A stretch of DNA of 54,360 nt, taken from a virus. A program made the translations under genes and the position numbers. The notes beneath the pieces are model-generated. The model saw only the letters and a list, made by a program, of their open reading frames with translations, was not told the origin of the DNA and searched no databases. Where the stretch lies: the UHGV virus genome UHGV-1841366, one strand, 5' to 3'. This document shows, piece after piece, positions 46,530 through 54,284 of the stretch (its first letter is position 1; the number at the start of each line of letters is the position of its first letter).

Positions 46530-46564
46530 CAGACGATAATTATATACGCAAAGGGAACTCTCCA

Positions 46565-47233
46565 ATGACCAAGATCTTTGTGGTTGGCGGCACAAAGGGC
46601 GGGCCTGGCAAATCCACCGTTGCCCAGCAAATTGCCGTTTGCCTGAAAGTCAAAAAGAAGAAGAAGGTTTATATCACTGATATAGATATTCAGCGCACGA
46701 CAACAAGCTGGTGTGAAGACCGTCGACAGAACGAAGACCTTGAGCTGATTCCTTTTGCATACGTTCAGGATGACATCATTAAGCACCTAAAATCACTTCA
46801 GGGTAGAGCTGAGTTTGTAGTGGTAGATGCTGGTGGCTTTGACTCCGAAATTCAGCGACAAGCGATGCTGATGGCTGACGTTATCATTATCCCGCTTCGT
46901 CCTAAGCGTCGTGATTTGAAATCTCTGCGTGACATCGATCCTATTATCGACAATGTTCGTAATGTAAACGATAAAGTGAAGGTCCGCGCGGTCATGAACC
47001 AGTGCCCGGCTTTGCCATCACAAGTGTCTCGCATTCTGGCGGCTAAAGAGATTGTCGAGACGTTTGGCATCGAGTCTGCGCCTGTCAATCTATATAACCG
47101 CAACGTCTACGATGATGCGGAAGAGTCTGGTCGTTCTATCTTTGAAATGACCGGTAGCGAGCGCGACAAAAAGGCGGAAGCCGAGTTTGAAGAATTTGTA
47201 GATTATCTGTTGAGTCTGGAGGAAGAAGAATAA
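46565..47233 (+). CDS. parA: ParA-family partition ATPase (small, type Ib-like)
   Basis: 222 aa; deviant Walker A GGTKGGPGKST; no N-terminal DNA-binding extension. Confidence 0.75.
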   Translation: MTKIFVVGGTKGGPGKSTVAQQIAVCLKVKKKKKVYITDIDIQRTTTSWCEDRRQNEDLELIPFAYVQDDIIKHLKSLQGRAEFVVVDAGGFDSEIQRQAMLMADVIIIPLRPKRRDLKSLRDIDPIIDNVRNVNDKVKVRAVMNQCPALPSQVSRILAAKEIVETFGIESAPVNLYNRNVYDDAEESGRSIFEMTGSERDKKAEAEFEEFVDYLLSLEEEE

Positions 47234-47592
47234 TGTCCATGAAAATGGGTGACCTAGCAAAGCGCAAAGAGCCTGATGCACCGGCTAAGAACACAACTCC
47301 TTTGCGCCAACCAGTCAGACCACAGGGACGCCCGACTCGTGGCAAAGAGAAAATTAAAAGCCGCACAATGTCACTGGAAGACGAATACTTCGAACTGCTG
47401 GAGATGATGAAGTTCATCCCTCGTTTCGAGAAGTTCACCCGTTCTGACGTGATTCGAGCAGCTATTTTCCATCTGGCAGAGAAGTCACCGCAGGAAATCG
47501 AGGACATCGTGAAACTTAACGAGGCGATCACAGCTGCCGACGTTACTATGCGTACCGATGAAATCAAGCGAGAACTCATGAAAAAAGGCTGA
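47233..47592 (+). CDS. ParG-like small centromere-binding protein (putative)
   Basis: 119 aa translationally coupled to parA (TAATG); basic disordered N-terminus and short C-terminal helical region. Confidence 0.5.
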   Translation: MSMKMGDLAKRKEPDAPAKNTTPLRQPVRPQGRPTRGKEKIKSRTMSLEDEYFELLEMMKFIPRFEKFTRSDVIRAAIFHLAEKSPQEIEDIVKLNEAITAADVTMRTDEIKRELMKKG

Positions 47593-47622
47593 CAACTTCC
47601 GGTCTGGCAGCTTCAATCAGAA

Positions 47623-47669
47623 CCTGTTTCTGTATATAAATAATAAGTAACTTATTAAATATATATATA
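47623..47669. repeat. long AT-rich-loop hairpin, copy C
   Basis: CCTGTTTCTGTATATAAATAATAAGTAACTTATTAAATATATATATACGGAAGCAGG; shorter and more diverged than A and B. Confidence 0.65.
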
Positions 47670-47763
47670 CGGAAGCAGGTCTTTTAAAAGACACCCACCA
47701 GAACAACTCCCTTCCGTTTTCACTTCCAAAAACTGACACCAGTCGCTATCATCTGCTCATTGT

Positions 47764-47785
47764 GATAAGTAAGTAACTACCTACC
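47764..47785. promoter_or_regulatory. GATAAGTAAGTAACTACCTACC motif
   Basis: Member of the TAAGTAA/TACCTA motif family; 12 nt upstream of the ATG at 47797. Confidence 0.45.
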
Positions 47786-47796
47786 AGGTGAGCCAC

Positions 47797-48537
47797 ATGA
47801 GCCAAATCTTTTTCGACACAATCGACAACGACCAGTACGACTTCATGACAGAGTGGAATACCGCTGTTATGGACAAGTGGGTTGCTGAAAACATTGGTTT
47901 GTCGCGCTGCAAAGACGAGGCTGAACTCTTCTATACGAAGTGGTTTGATTACCGCGACATGCATCCTCTTATGGCTACCTGTCTGTTTACGGAGGCATAC
48001 AAACGTCAGTACTCAAATATCATGCTGACGCACGGTCGCGAACACTTTGAAACAGCTCCGTTTACCACCGGGTTAAAACGCCTGCCTTATCAGGAGTTGT
48101 CGACTGCCAATAAAACGTCGCTATGGAAAGCACGCCAGTTTGCTGACCGCTATTGCTGCTCATACGACTACTTTATCTCCACCGTGCTTTCCGCAGCTGC
48201 ACGACGTCTGTGGGACAAGCTGCCTCGCCCACAACATTTGTGGCAGCCAGAACTGATTGAGATATTTGAAGAGAAATTAGCCAGGCGCGCAACAACCCGT
48301 CTGGATGACTCTCTGGTTAGCTTTAAGCATATGGGAGACATGCAGTTCAACCCGATCCAGGAAAGCTATTTTGAGTGGATTCTGGAGCGTTTACGCACCA
48401 TCCCCCGCAGCAAGCGCATACGCGCAATTTTCTCCGCTATCTGGCTAATGGAAATCGTTCCAGAGCGCCTTATTTCCGCCCACTTTCCAGAAGAACTGGA
48501 AGAAGCACGGCGGTTTATTGATCCCCTATCTAATTAA
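47797..48537 (+). CDS. hypothetical protein (replication-module position)
   Basis: In-frame ATG after AGGTGAG; 246 aa; upstream of the helicase; no motif recognised. Confidence 0.5.
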   Translation: MSQIFFDTIDNDQYDFMTEWNTAVMDKWVAENIGLSRCKDEAELFYTKWFDYRDMHPLMATCLFTEAYKRQYSNIMLTHGREHFETAPFTTGLKRLPYQELSTANKTSLWKARQFADRYCCSYDYFISTVLSAAARRLWDKLPRPQHLWQPELIEIFEEKLARRATTRLDDSLVSFKHMGDMQFNPIQESYFEWILERLRTIPRSKRIRAIFSAIWLMEIVPERLISAHFPEELEEARRFIDPLSN

Positions 48538-48548
48538 CTAATACTAGA

Positions 48549-48561
48549 AAACAATTTGTTT
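48549..48561. promoter_or_regulatory. palindromic motif AAACAA-N-TTGTTT (copy upstream of helicase)
   Basis: Perfect copy 20 nt upstream of the ATG at 48581. Confidence 0.5.
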
Positions 48562-48580
48562 AAAAAACAAAGGAAAGCAC

Positions 48581-49921
48581 ATGACCGAACTTTGCCATAC
48601 AGGACGCGGGCTGTCCGAAGAGTTTGATGAAGATTTCCAGAACAGATTGACGGCATATTTTTGTCGTGATCACGAGTTTCTTACTCGTGCGGGAGATCTG
48701 GTTGTGCCTAGCCAATTTGCCAATGCGGCCAATGCCATATTGGTTAATATGGTTTCGGGCTATTACCGTATGTACAAGAGCGCGCCCTCTTCATCTGCGA
48801 TTCTGGATCTGCTTAAGCGTGCGAAACGCGATAAGACTATCCGTGAGGAACTATTCGCGGATGTTGTTGCTGCGTTTAAGCGCATCCTTGCAGAAAAATT
48901 GTCCGATACCTCGTACATGGTTGACCAGGTATCAACCTTCGCAAAAAGCGTAGCGTTTGATGATGCTCTGATTAAGGCTGCTGAACTTAAAGAGAAAGGC
49001 GACTTTCAGGGGGCGATGGCAATCATGGCCAAGGTTCAGCAGATTGGATCGAACGAAGCGGCCGGAATCTATGACTACTACACTTCCGCAAGTGAGCGAT
49101 TGAAAGCGCGTGAATATGAGGCTTCAGAGGAGTATGTGCCAAACAGCATTACAACTGGACTCCCTCTGCTCGATAGGTTGCTGTACCAAAAAGGCTGGGC
49201 GAAGCGTGAAATGGTGCTCTTCATGGGGTTCGCTAAATCCGGTAAATCGACCGCAATGGGTGAGTTTTCGGTAAACGCAACGCTTGCTGGCTACAATGTT
49301 CTGTATCTCTCGCTGGAGGTTCACACCACCATTTTATCCGACCGTTTTGATGCAAGATTGTCGGAGACGGAAATGTCCAGACTGGTGGAACGGCGCGATG
49401 AAGTTCATCGTAAGTTGGCAGAGTTGGGAGCCACTAAGGGGATTGGTAGTTTGTGGGTTGTTGAGCGTCCGTCAGGAAGTATGTCACCGGCAGATCTGGA
49501 CCGTATGCTTAACAGTATGAAAGCCAATGGCATGGTGCCTGACATGGTTGTTGTCGACTACGCAGATTTGATGCGTGCCAGTTATGACCTTCGTGATGAT
49601 CGCGCCAATATTCGTAGTATCTACACAGATTTACGTGCTCTTTATGACAAACATAACGTTGCTGGAATCACGGCATCGCAGACAAACCGTGAAGGTGGCG
49701 CGTCAGAAGTTGCCACAATGATGCACGCTGCCGACAACATCGAAAAAGTACGTATTGCTGACCTGGTAATAACGATCAACAAAACCGAAGAAGAAGAAGC
49801 GAAAGGAGAGGCTCGTCTCTACTTTGCTGGTTCACGTAACCAGCAAGGAGGGATCAGCATTCGTGTTAAACAAAACCTCGAACAAATGCGCTTCATTGAG
49901 CGGATCTTAGACGTTACCTAA
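48581..49921 (+). CDS. DnaB-like replicative helicase
   Basis: 446 aa; Walker A GFAKSGKST in a RecA-like C-terminal domain with long N-terminal helical domain. Confidence 0.65.
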   Translation: MTELCHTGRGLSEEFDEDFQNRLTAYFCRDHEFLTRAGDLVVPSQFANAANAILVNMVSGYYRMYKSAPSSSAILDLLKRAKRDKTIREELFADVVAAFKRILAEKLSDTSYMVDQVSTFAKSVAFDDALIKAAELKEKGDFQGAMAIMAKVQQIGSNEAAGIYDYYTSASERLKAREYEASEEYVPNSITTGLPLLDRLLYQKGWAKREMVLFMGFAKSGKSTAMGEFSVNATLAGYNVLYLSLEVHTTILSDRFDARLSETEMSRLVERRDEVHRKLAELGATKGIGSLWVVERPSGSMSPADLDRMLNSMKANGMVPDMVVVDYADLMRASYDLRDDRANIRSIYTDLRALYDKHNVAGITASQTNREGGASEVATMMHAADNIEKVRIADLVITINKTEEEEAKGEARLYFAGSRNQQGGISIRVKQNLEQMRFIERILDVT

Positions 49922-50002
49922 AAAATAAGCGTGGAGAACACCTCCACGCTTGATTCATTGGTGAAACAACTTTTCTTTTGCCAAACCACAAAAGAAAAAC
50001 AC

Positions 50003-51184
50003 ATGAACCTTTATGTTATATCAACATTTAGGTTGGTCACAATATTGCCTGTTAAAAGTGGAATTATCGTGAGCGAGCTGAAAGAGCTAATTACCGAATT
50101 AGATTTTGAACAATGGTTGGACACTGAAGGTATCGTTTATCGACGTGGAGGTGTGAGTACTCGCGGTCGTGAAGTGAATATCAAGGAGTGTCCGGTATGC
50201 GGCAGCTCCAACTGGAAGGTATATTTCAATCTGACCAGCGGCGTCGGTAAATGCTTCGCTGGTGATCATCCCGAAGAGATTCAGTTCAATAAGCTGGTCT
50301 TCCTCAAGCACTACAGCGGTAAATCACGACGACAGTTCGAGGAATATGTGCAGAACGCTCTTCTTTCCCAGGGGTGGGCACCAAAGAAAGAAGAGATAGT
50401 GCTTGCAAGCACAGTCGAGTTAGAGGGACCACTTGCACTCCCTCGTCATTACGAACTTCCTATAGATGGCCGTCTTCCAGACTATCTGGTTGAACGAAAC
50501 ATATCGCCTGAAATGGCAAAGTATTTTGACCTACGATACTGCGTCGAAGGTAAGCACGCCTATGTAGATCCGTATACAGATCAGGTTAAAGGACAGATAT
50601 TCGATATGCGAATACTGATACCGGTTTACGATCTGGATGGGGTAATGAAGACATTTCAGGGGCGAGACATTACCGGTACAGCTGAACGTCGCTACCTCTT
50701 TCCTATGCAGCTTCCAGCTTCAGGTAAGTTCCTCTACAACGGCCATAATGCAGTCGGCAAACAAACTGTTGTTGTCTGTGAGGGGGCGTTCGATGTTATG
50801 GGAGTCAAACGAGCTATTTTTGACGAAGAAACATTACGTGATTACGTGGAACCGATAGGAACGTTCGGGATGCATCTATCTGGTAACACTACTCAGGATG
50901 CAGAAGATCAGTTAGGCGCGTTCCTGACGCTCAAGGCGCGTGGATTACGTAATGTGATCATGATGTGGGATAGTGAAAAGCAAGCTATACGAAACACTAT
51001 GGCCGCAGCCAGGCGACTGACCAGTATCGGTCTTAATGTCAAAGTTGCGTGTTTGGGTGAGGAAGGACTCGACCCGGGCGGTGCAACGCCAGAACAAATT
51101 ATCAAAGCCTATTATCGGGCAAAACCGTATACCAAACAGTTGGAGTTGCAAAGCAAGGTTTTGGGCATTAAGGCTCTCTCATAA
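50003..51184 (+). CDS. DNA primase (zinc-binding plus TOPRIM)
   Basis: CPVCGSS...KCFAGDH zinc-finger-like segment and TOPRIM-like VVVCEGAFDVMG. Start uncertain: ORF track 49931, ATG 50003, or GTG 50069. Confidence 0.6.
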   Translation: MNLYVISTFRLVTILPVKSGIIVSELKELITELDFEQWLDTEGIVYRRGGVSTRGREVNIKECPVCGSSNWKVYFNLTSGVGKCFAGDHPEEIQFNKLVFLKHYSGKSRRQFEEYVQNALLSQGWAPKKEEIVLASTVELEGPLALPRHYELPIDGRLPDYLVERNISPEMAKYFDLRYCVEGKHAYVDPYTDQVKGQIFDMRILIPVYDLDGVMKTFQGRDITGTAERRYLFPMQLPASGKFLYNGHNAVGKQTVVVCEGAFDVMGVKRAIFDEETLRDYVEPIGTFGMHLSGNTTQDAEDQLGAFLTLKARGLRNVIMMWDSEKQAIRNTMAAARRLTSIGLNVKVACLGEEGLDPGGATPEQIIKAYYRAKPYTKQLELQSKVLGIKALS

Positions 51185-51260
51185 AATCGCACCTTTAAAA
51201 TAAGTAGATAGTCACTTATCTTTCTGTAAGAATAGTTTCATCTGTTAGCTAGGAGTTGGT

Positions 51261-52043
51261 ATGAAAGACGAAATTCAGAAATTAGCTTGCGACATCATTG
51301 ATAAAACTGGTTTAGAAATCAGCGAGAGTAACCGGCTAGACATTATTGAAAAAGCCGTCAATACAGCAATGGATCATATTGCCACTCGTTTAGTCGATAT
51401 CCCGCTACCAGGACTACCTTATCTGAAAGTTGAGTTACGCGTATGGGGCGAATCTTCTGATGCACGGCGTTCTGCATTGGTTGTTTTTATTAGCAAAGAA
51501 AACATACAAGCTCTAAAAGTGCAGGTTGGGGCATGGTTTGATGGTAGGGTTATCTACACTGATACTCTCATTTGTCCTTCAGGTGATGAGCATATTGAAG
51601 CCACTATTCGAGAATCAATTCGGGCTATGCGCAACTTGTCTTTGCTGAAAGACAAGCCTAACTATGAAAATTACTTGCTATCAACAAAATCTGAACCAGC
51701 ATTGTCGCTGAAAGCCGATTTTGTGACCCCGGCTAACTTGCTAGAAGTTTTGATCAATAAAGGGGCGAAGAATGCCGTAAATGTAATCAGAGAGAGTGAA
51801 TATGCATCTCTTTGCGACATGTGCAAAAGCCAGTTGGATCTGGTGCATATCGTTATTGATGCTGGGAAGGCATGTGATGGCGTAATGGCGGAATTTGCTG
51901 GGAAGATGGTCAGGATTGCTAACGAATTACCGATGATAGAGCAAGAGGCTAAATCATACGCCACCAATCATGTCACAGAGCTTCTTGTCCCCTATCGCTT
52001 AGAAAGCAATCAGCGCAAGATGATTAGCTGGGGAAGTTGGTAA
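51261..52043 (+). CDS. hypothetical protein
   Basis: ORF track, 260 aa; AGGAG ribosome-binding site. Confidence 0.5.
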   Translation: MKDEIQKLACDIIDKTGLEISESNRLDIIEKAVNTAMDHIATRLVDIPLPGLPYLKVELRVWGESSDARRSALVVFISKENIQALKVQVGAWFDGRVIYTDTLICPSGDEHIEATIRESIRAMRNLSLLKDKPNYENYLLSTKSEPALSLKADFVTPANLLEVLINKGAKNAVNVIRESEYASLCDMCKSQLDLVHIVIDAGKACDGVMAEFAGKMVRIANELPMIEQEAKSYATNHVTELLVPYRLESNQRKMISWGSW

Positions 52044-52100
52044 TCTCTCCGAGCGTCGTTTCTTTTACGCAAACAATGATAGGTAAGTACAAGGTTATTT

Positions 52101-52583
52101 ATGGCGATAGTTGTGAAAGCTGATTTGTCAAAAATCCCCTCTATTTCAGGAAATAATGGTTATTCACTTCGTTGTGAGGAAGTAAAGATAAACGGTGAGT
52201 CGGCATATTGCAGTTACTCCGTTTGCCAGCATACCATTCTTGCCTTCAAAGAAAACCGTCTTCCTCGAACTTCATTCCAGTCGTGCGCAACCGCTATCAA
52301 AGCAGGCAAATGCAAGGCGTTAAAAATGATGGTTGGAGAGATTCGTAAAGGAGAATCTCTGTATTTCGAAGATATGACCGCGCTCATTAAGGAGGTTGAA
52401 GAACGGAATAAACAAGCCAGAACTATAAAACGAAAACGTGACAGTGTAACGATTAATAGCATGGTTAAGAAGAGCACCACATCACAAACAGCGATCACTG
52501 ACGTGTATGCGGCGTTGCTTGAAGAAACAACAAAAGAAACACATGAGCAAATCGATCAACATATGGAGGCAAAACAACAATGA
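52101..52583 (+). CDS. hypothetical protein
   Basis: ORF track, 160 aa; four cysteines (C25, C37, C42, C62) could form a metal site. Confidence 0.45.
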   Translation: MAIVVKADLSKIPSISGNNGYSLRCEEVKINGESAYCSYSVCQHTILAFKENRLPRTSFQSCATAIKAGKCKALKMMVGEIRKGESLYFEDMTALIKEVEERNKQARTIKRKRDSVTINSMVKKSTTSQTAITDVYAALLEETTKETHEQIDQHMEAKQQ

Positions 52584-52756
52584 AAAAGTTGATCGCACTT
52601 AAGCATAAGCTGGACGAAATGAAAGCTATGGGAACCAATGCAAAAAAAGAGGCATTGGCCAACATGGATGACTTCGAGCAAAGCATGGTTTCATTGATGC
52701 TCAACCCTTTCATTCGTTTTGGGGTAAAGAAATACAAAGTGACCGGAGTTCCCTGA
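52580..52756 (+). CDS. hypothetical small protein (58 aa)
   Basis: Not in the ORF track; ATGA overlap with the upstream stop; hand-translated to TGA at 52754-52756. Confidence 0.35.
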   Translation: MKKLIALKHKLDEMKAMGTNAKKEALANMDDFEQSMVSLMLNPFIRFGVKKYKVTGVP

Positions 52757-52900
52757 GTACTGGAAGCCTAAAACGCGAGCTAAGTTAGAGCGTTTAGGGT
52801 TGGTTGCAAACGTTTCTGAAACGAAGTGTTCGGCCAACTACCAGTTAACTGATAAAGGGAAAGTATTGCTACAGCAATTAGTAGAATCAGGAGTGTTAAA

Positions 52901-53053
52901 ATGATTCCATACATCTCATTAGCTTTTATGGCGGGCTTCCTTATCGGCTTCGGCATCTGTCGTGACTTAATTAAGCAGGAACTTAAAACCAAAACACTGT
53001 GCATCGGAAAGCGTGTGTATCGAGTAGTTCATGAAACAAAGGTTAGAAAATGA
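52901..53053 (+). CDS. hypothetical small membrane protein (50 aa)
   Basis: Not in the ORF track; CAGGAGTG ribosome-binding site; hydrophobic N-terminus; stop overlaps the next start. Confidence 0.4.
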   Translation: MIPYISLAFMAGFLIGFGICRDLIKQELKTKTLCIGKRVYRVVHETKVRK

Positions 53054-53340
53054 GCAATTTAACTTCTTGGGAATGGTGGTTGGTCACCTATTTCTTAGCG
53101 GCCGGAGTCGCATTCGCCTTTTACGTAGGTCAGTTAGTCGTAAAACTGCTGCTGATGAAATTTGCCAGTCATAAACGTATCGATGATGGTCTGTGGCGTC
53201 TTGGCACCCTGGTGGAAACTCGCTACGGGCAACTTAAGGAGAACGAAACCATTACTATCCAAGCGAAACGATTCACTGCCACCATCACAAGAACACCTGA
53301 TCGTAGAGTGGCCTTGATCAAAAAAGTCACAACCGAATAA
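53050..53340 (+). CDS. hypothetical membrane protein
   Basis: ORF track, 96 aa; N-terminal hydrophobic helix (WWLVTYFLAAGVAFAFYVGQLVV). Confidence 0.45.
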   Translation: MSNLTSWEWWLVTYFLAAGVAFAFYVGQLVVKLLLMKFASHKRIDDGLWRLGTLVETRYGQLKENETITIQAKRFTATITRTPDRRVALIKKVTTE

Positions 53341-53349
53341 AAACACGAC

Positions 53350-53372
53350 GATAAGTATTTACTTACCTATCC
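53350..53372. promoter_or_regulatory. GATAAGTATTTACTTACCTATCC motif
   Basis: Member of the TAAGTA/TACCTA motif family at the start of the long non-coding stretch before the tRNAs. Confidence 0.4.
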
Positions 53373-53577
53373 TTTGTGTATAAGATGACTTTGTTTTCGT
53401 TGAGACGCGACTGTTTGAACTTAAATACAAGTGCAAACGAAGAAGTCTATCTGGCAGTAGCCTAATAAGCCAAACACCAGCGAGGTCAGTTTCCAGCCTC
53501 GTTACCGAAATGGAACACACTGAGCGAGTGTGATTGCAGAACGCAGGAGGGAACATGAGTGTTCCCTCCGATGAAGT

Positions 53578-53649
53578 AACAGGATGGGCGGTTGGTATTT
53601 CAACTCCATATGACTCCCGGATTCTTAGCCTCTGACCGCCCATCCTGTT
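53578..53649. repeat. 15-bp perfect inverted repeat enclosing a 42-nt spacer
   Basis: AACAGGATGGGCGGT (53578-53592) / ACCGCCCATCCTGTT (53635-53649), followed by a T-rich run; preceded by a 9-bp-stem hairpin at 53547-53570. Confidence 0.6.
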
Positions 53650-53727
53650 ACGTCATTTTGTTCAATTATGTCGTTTATACTGGGTTAAAAAGCGGCGACG
53701 TAGCCCGGCTGGTATGGTTAGCCAGCA

Positions 53728-53849
53728 CACAACGTTGAGGCCATTACATTTTTATCAATTCTAAGGTTCTGTTCACAGAGATACCGGCGAGCGTTGATAT
53801 GTAACATGTTGGGCAAACATTCAATCGGAGTAGTGGCCTCAACGTTGTG
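53728..53849. repeat. 16-bp perfect inverted repeat enclosing a ~90-nt spacer
   Basis: CACAACGTTGAGGCCA (53728-53743) / TGGCCTCAACGTTGTG (53834-53849). Confidence 0.6.
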
Positions 53850-54113
53850 AAGACAGGATAGTTGTGTAGGTTTAACCACTGTTGCCATTGGTGCCTGTTT
53901 TCACAACAAATGATTCCATACATCACATTGTATAAATTATAAAGTAGGTGCTGTCCTCAGAAACATCATCTACTTAAAGATTTAGCCTTCTATTGAGCGA
54001 AGTCGAAAGCGTCTGGCACTAACGTAAAGTGCAAGTAGCGGTGCGTTTCCTGGCAGAAACTAACACCGCCGCGATTGGCACTGTTGAGTAATAAATACTG
54101 TCAGTGCTGAATT

Positions 54114-54188
54114 GATGGTGTAGCTCAGCGGCAGAGCAGTTGGCTGTTAACCAACTGGTCGGTGGTTCGAATCCACCCACCATCGCCA
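54114..54188 (+). tRNA. tRNA-Asn (anticodon GTT)
   Basis: Hand-folded cloverleaf: acceptor GATGGTG/CACCATC, D-stem GCTC/GAGC, anticodon stem GTTGG/CCAAC with loop CTGTTAA, T-arm GGTGG-TTCGAAT-CCACC, discriminator G, encoded CCA; 75 nt. Confidence 0.8.
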
Positions 54189-54193
54189 ATTTA

Positions 54194-54280
54194 GGGGAGT
54201 TAGTCCGTAGGGGTAGCGGGGTAGACTGTAAATCTACTGTCATTGCGACTCGGGTGGTTCGACTCCATCACTCCCCACCA
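54194..54280 (+). tRNA. tRNA-Tyr (anticodon GTA), long variable arm
   Basis: Acceptor GGGGAGT/ACTCCCC, anticodon stem GTAGA/TCTAC with loop CTGTAAA, 15-nt variable arm, T-loop TTCGACT, encoded CCA; 87 nt. Confidence 0.75.
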
Positions 54281-54284
54281 AATT

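Noticed and set aside
53520-53650. Additional tRNA or tRNA-like gene upstream of tRNA-Asn
   Set aside because: The hairpins here do not form a cloverleaf and lack a T-loop (TTCRANT) motif.
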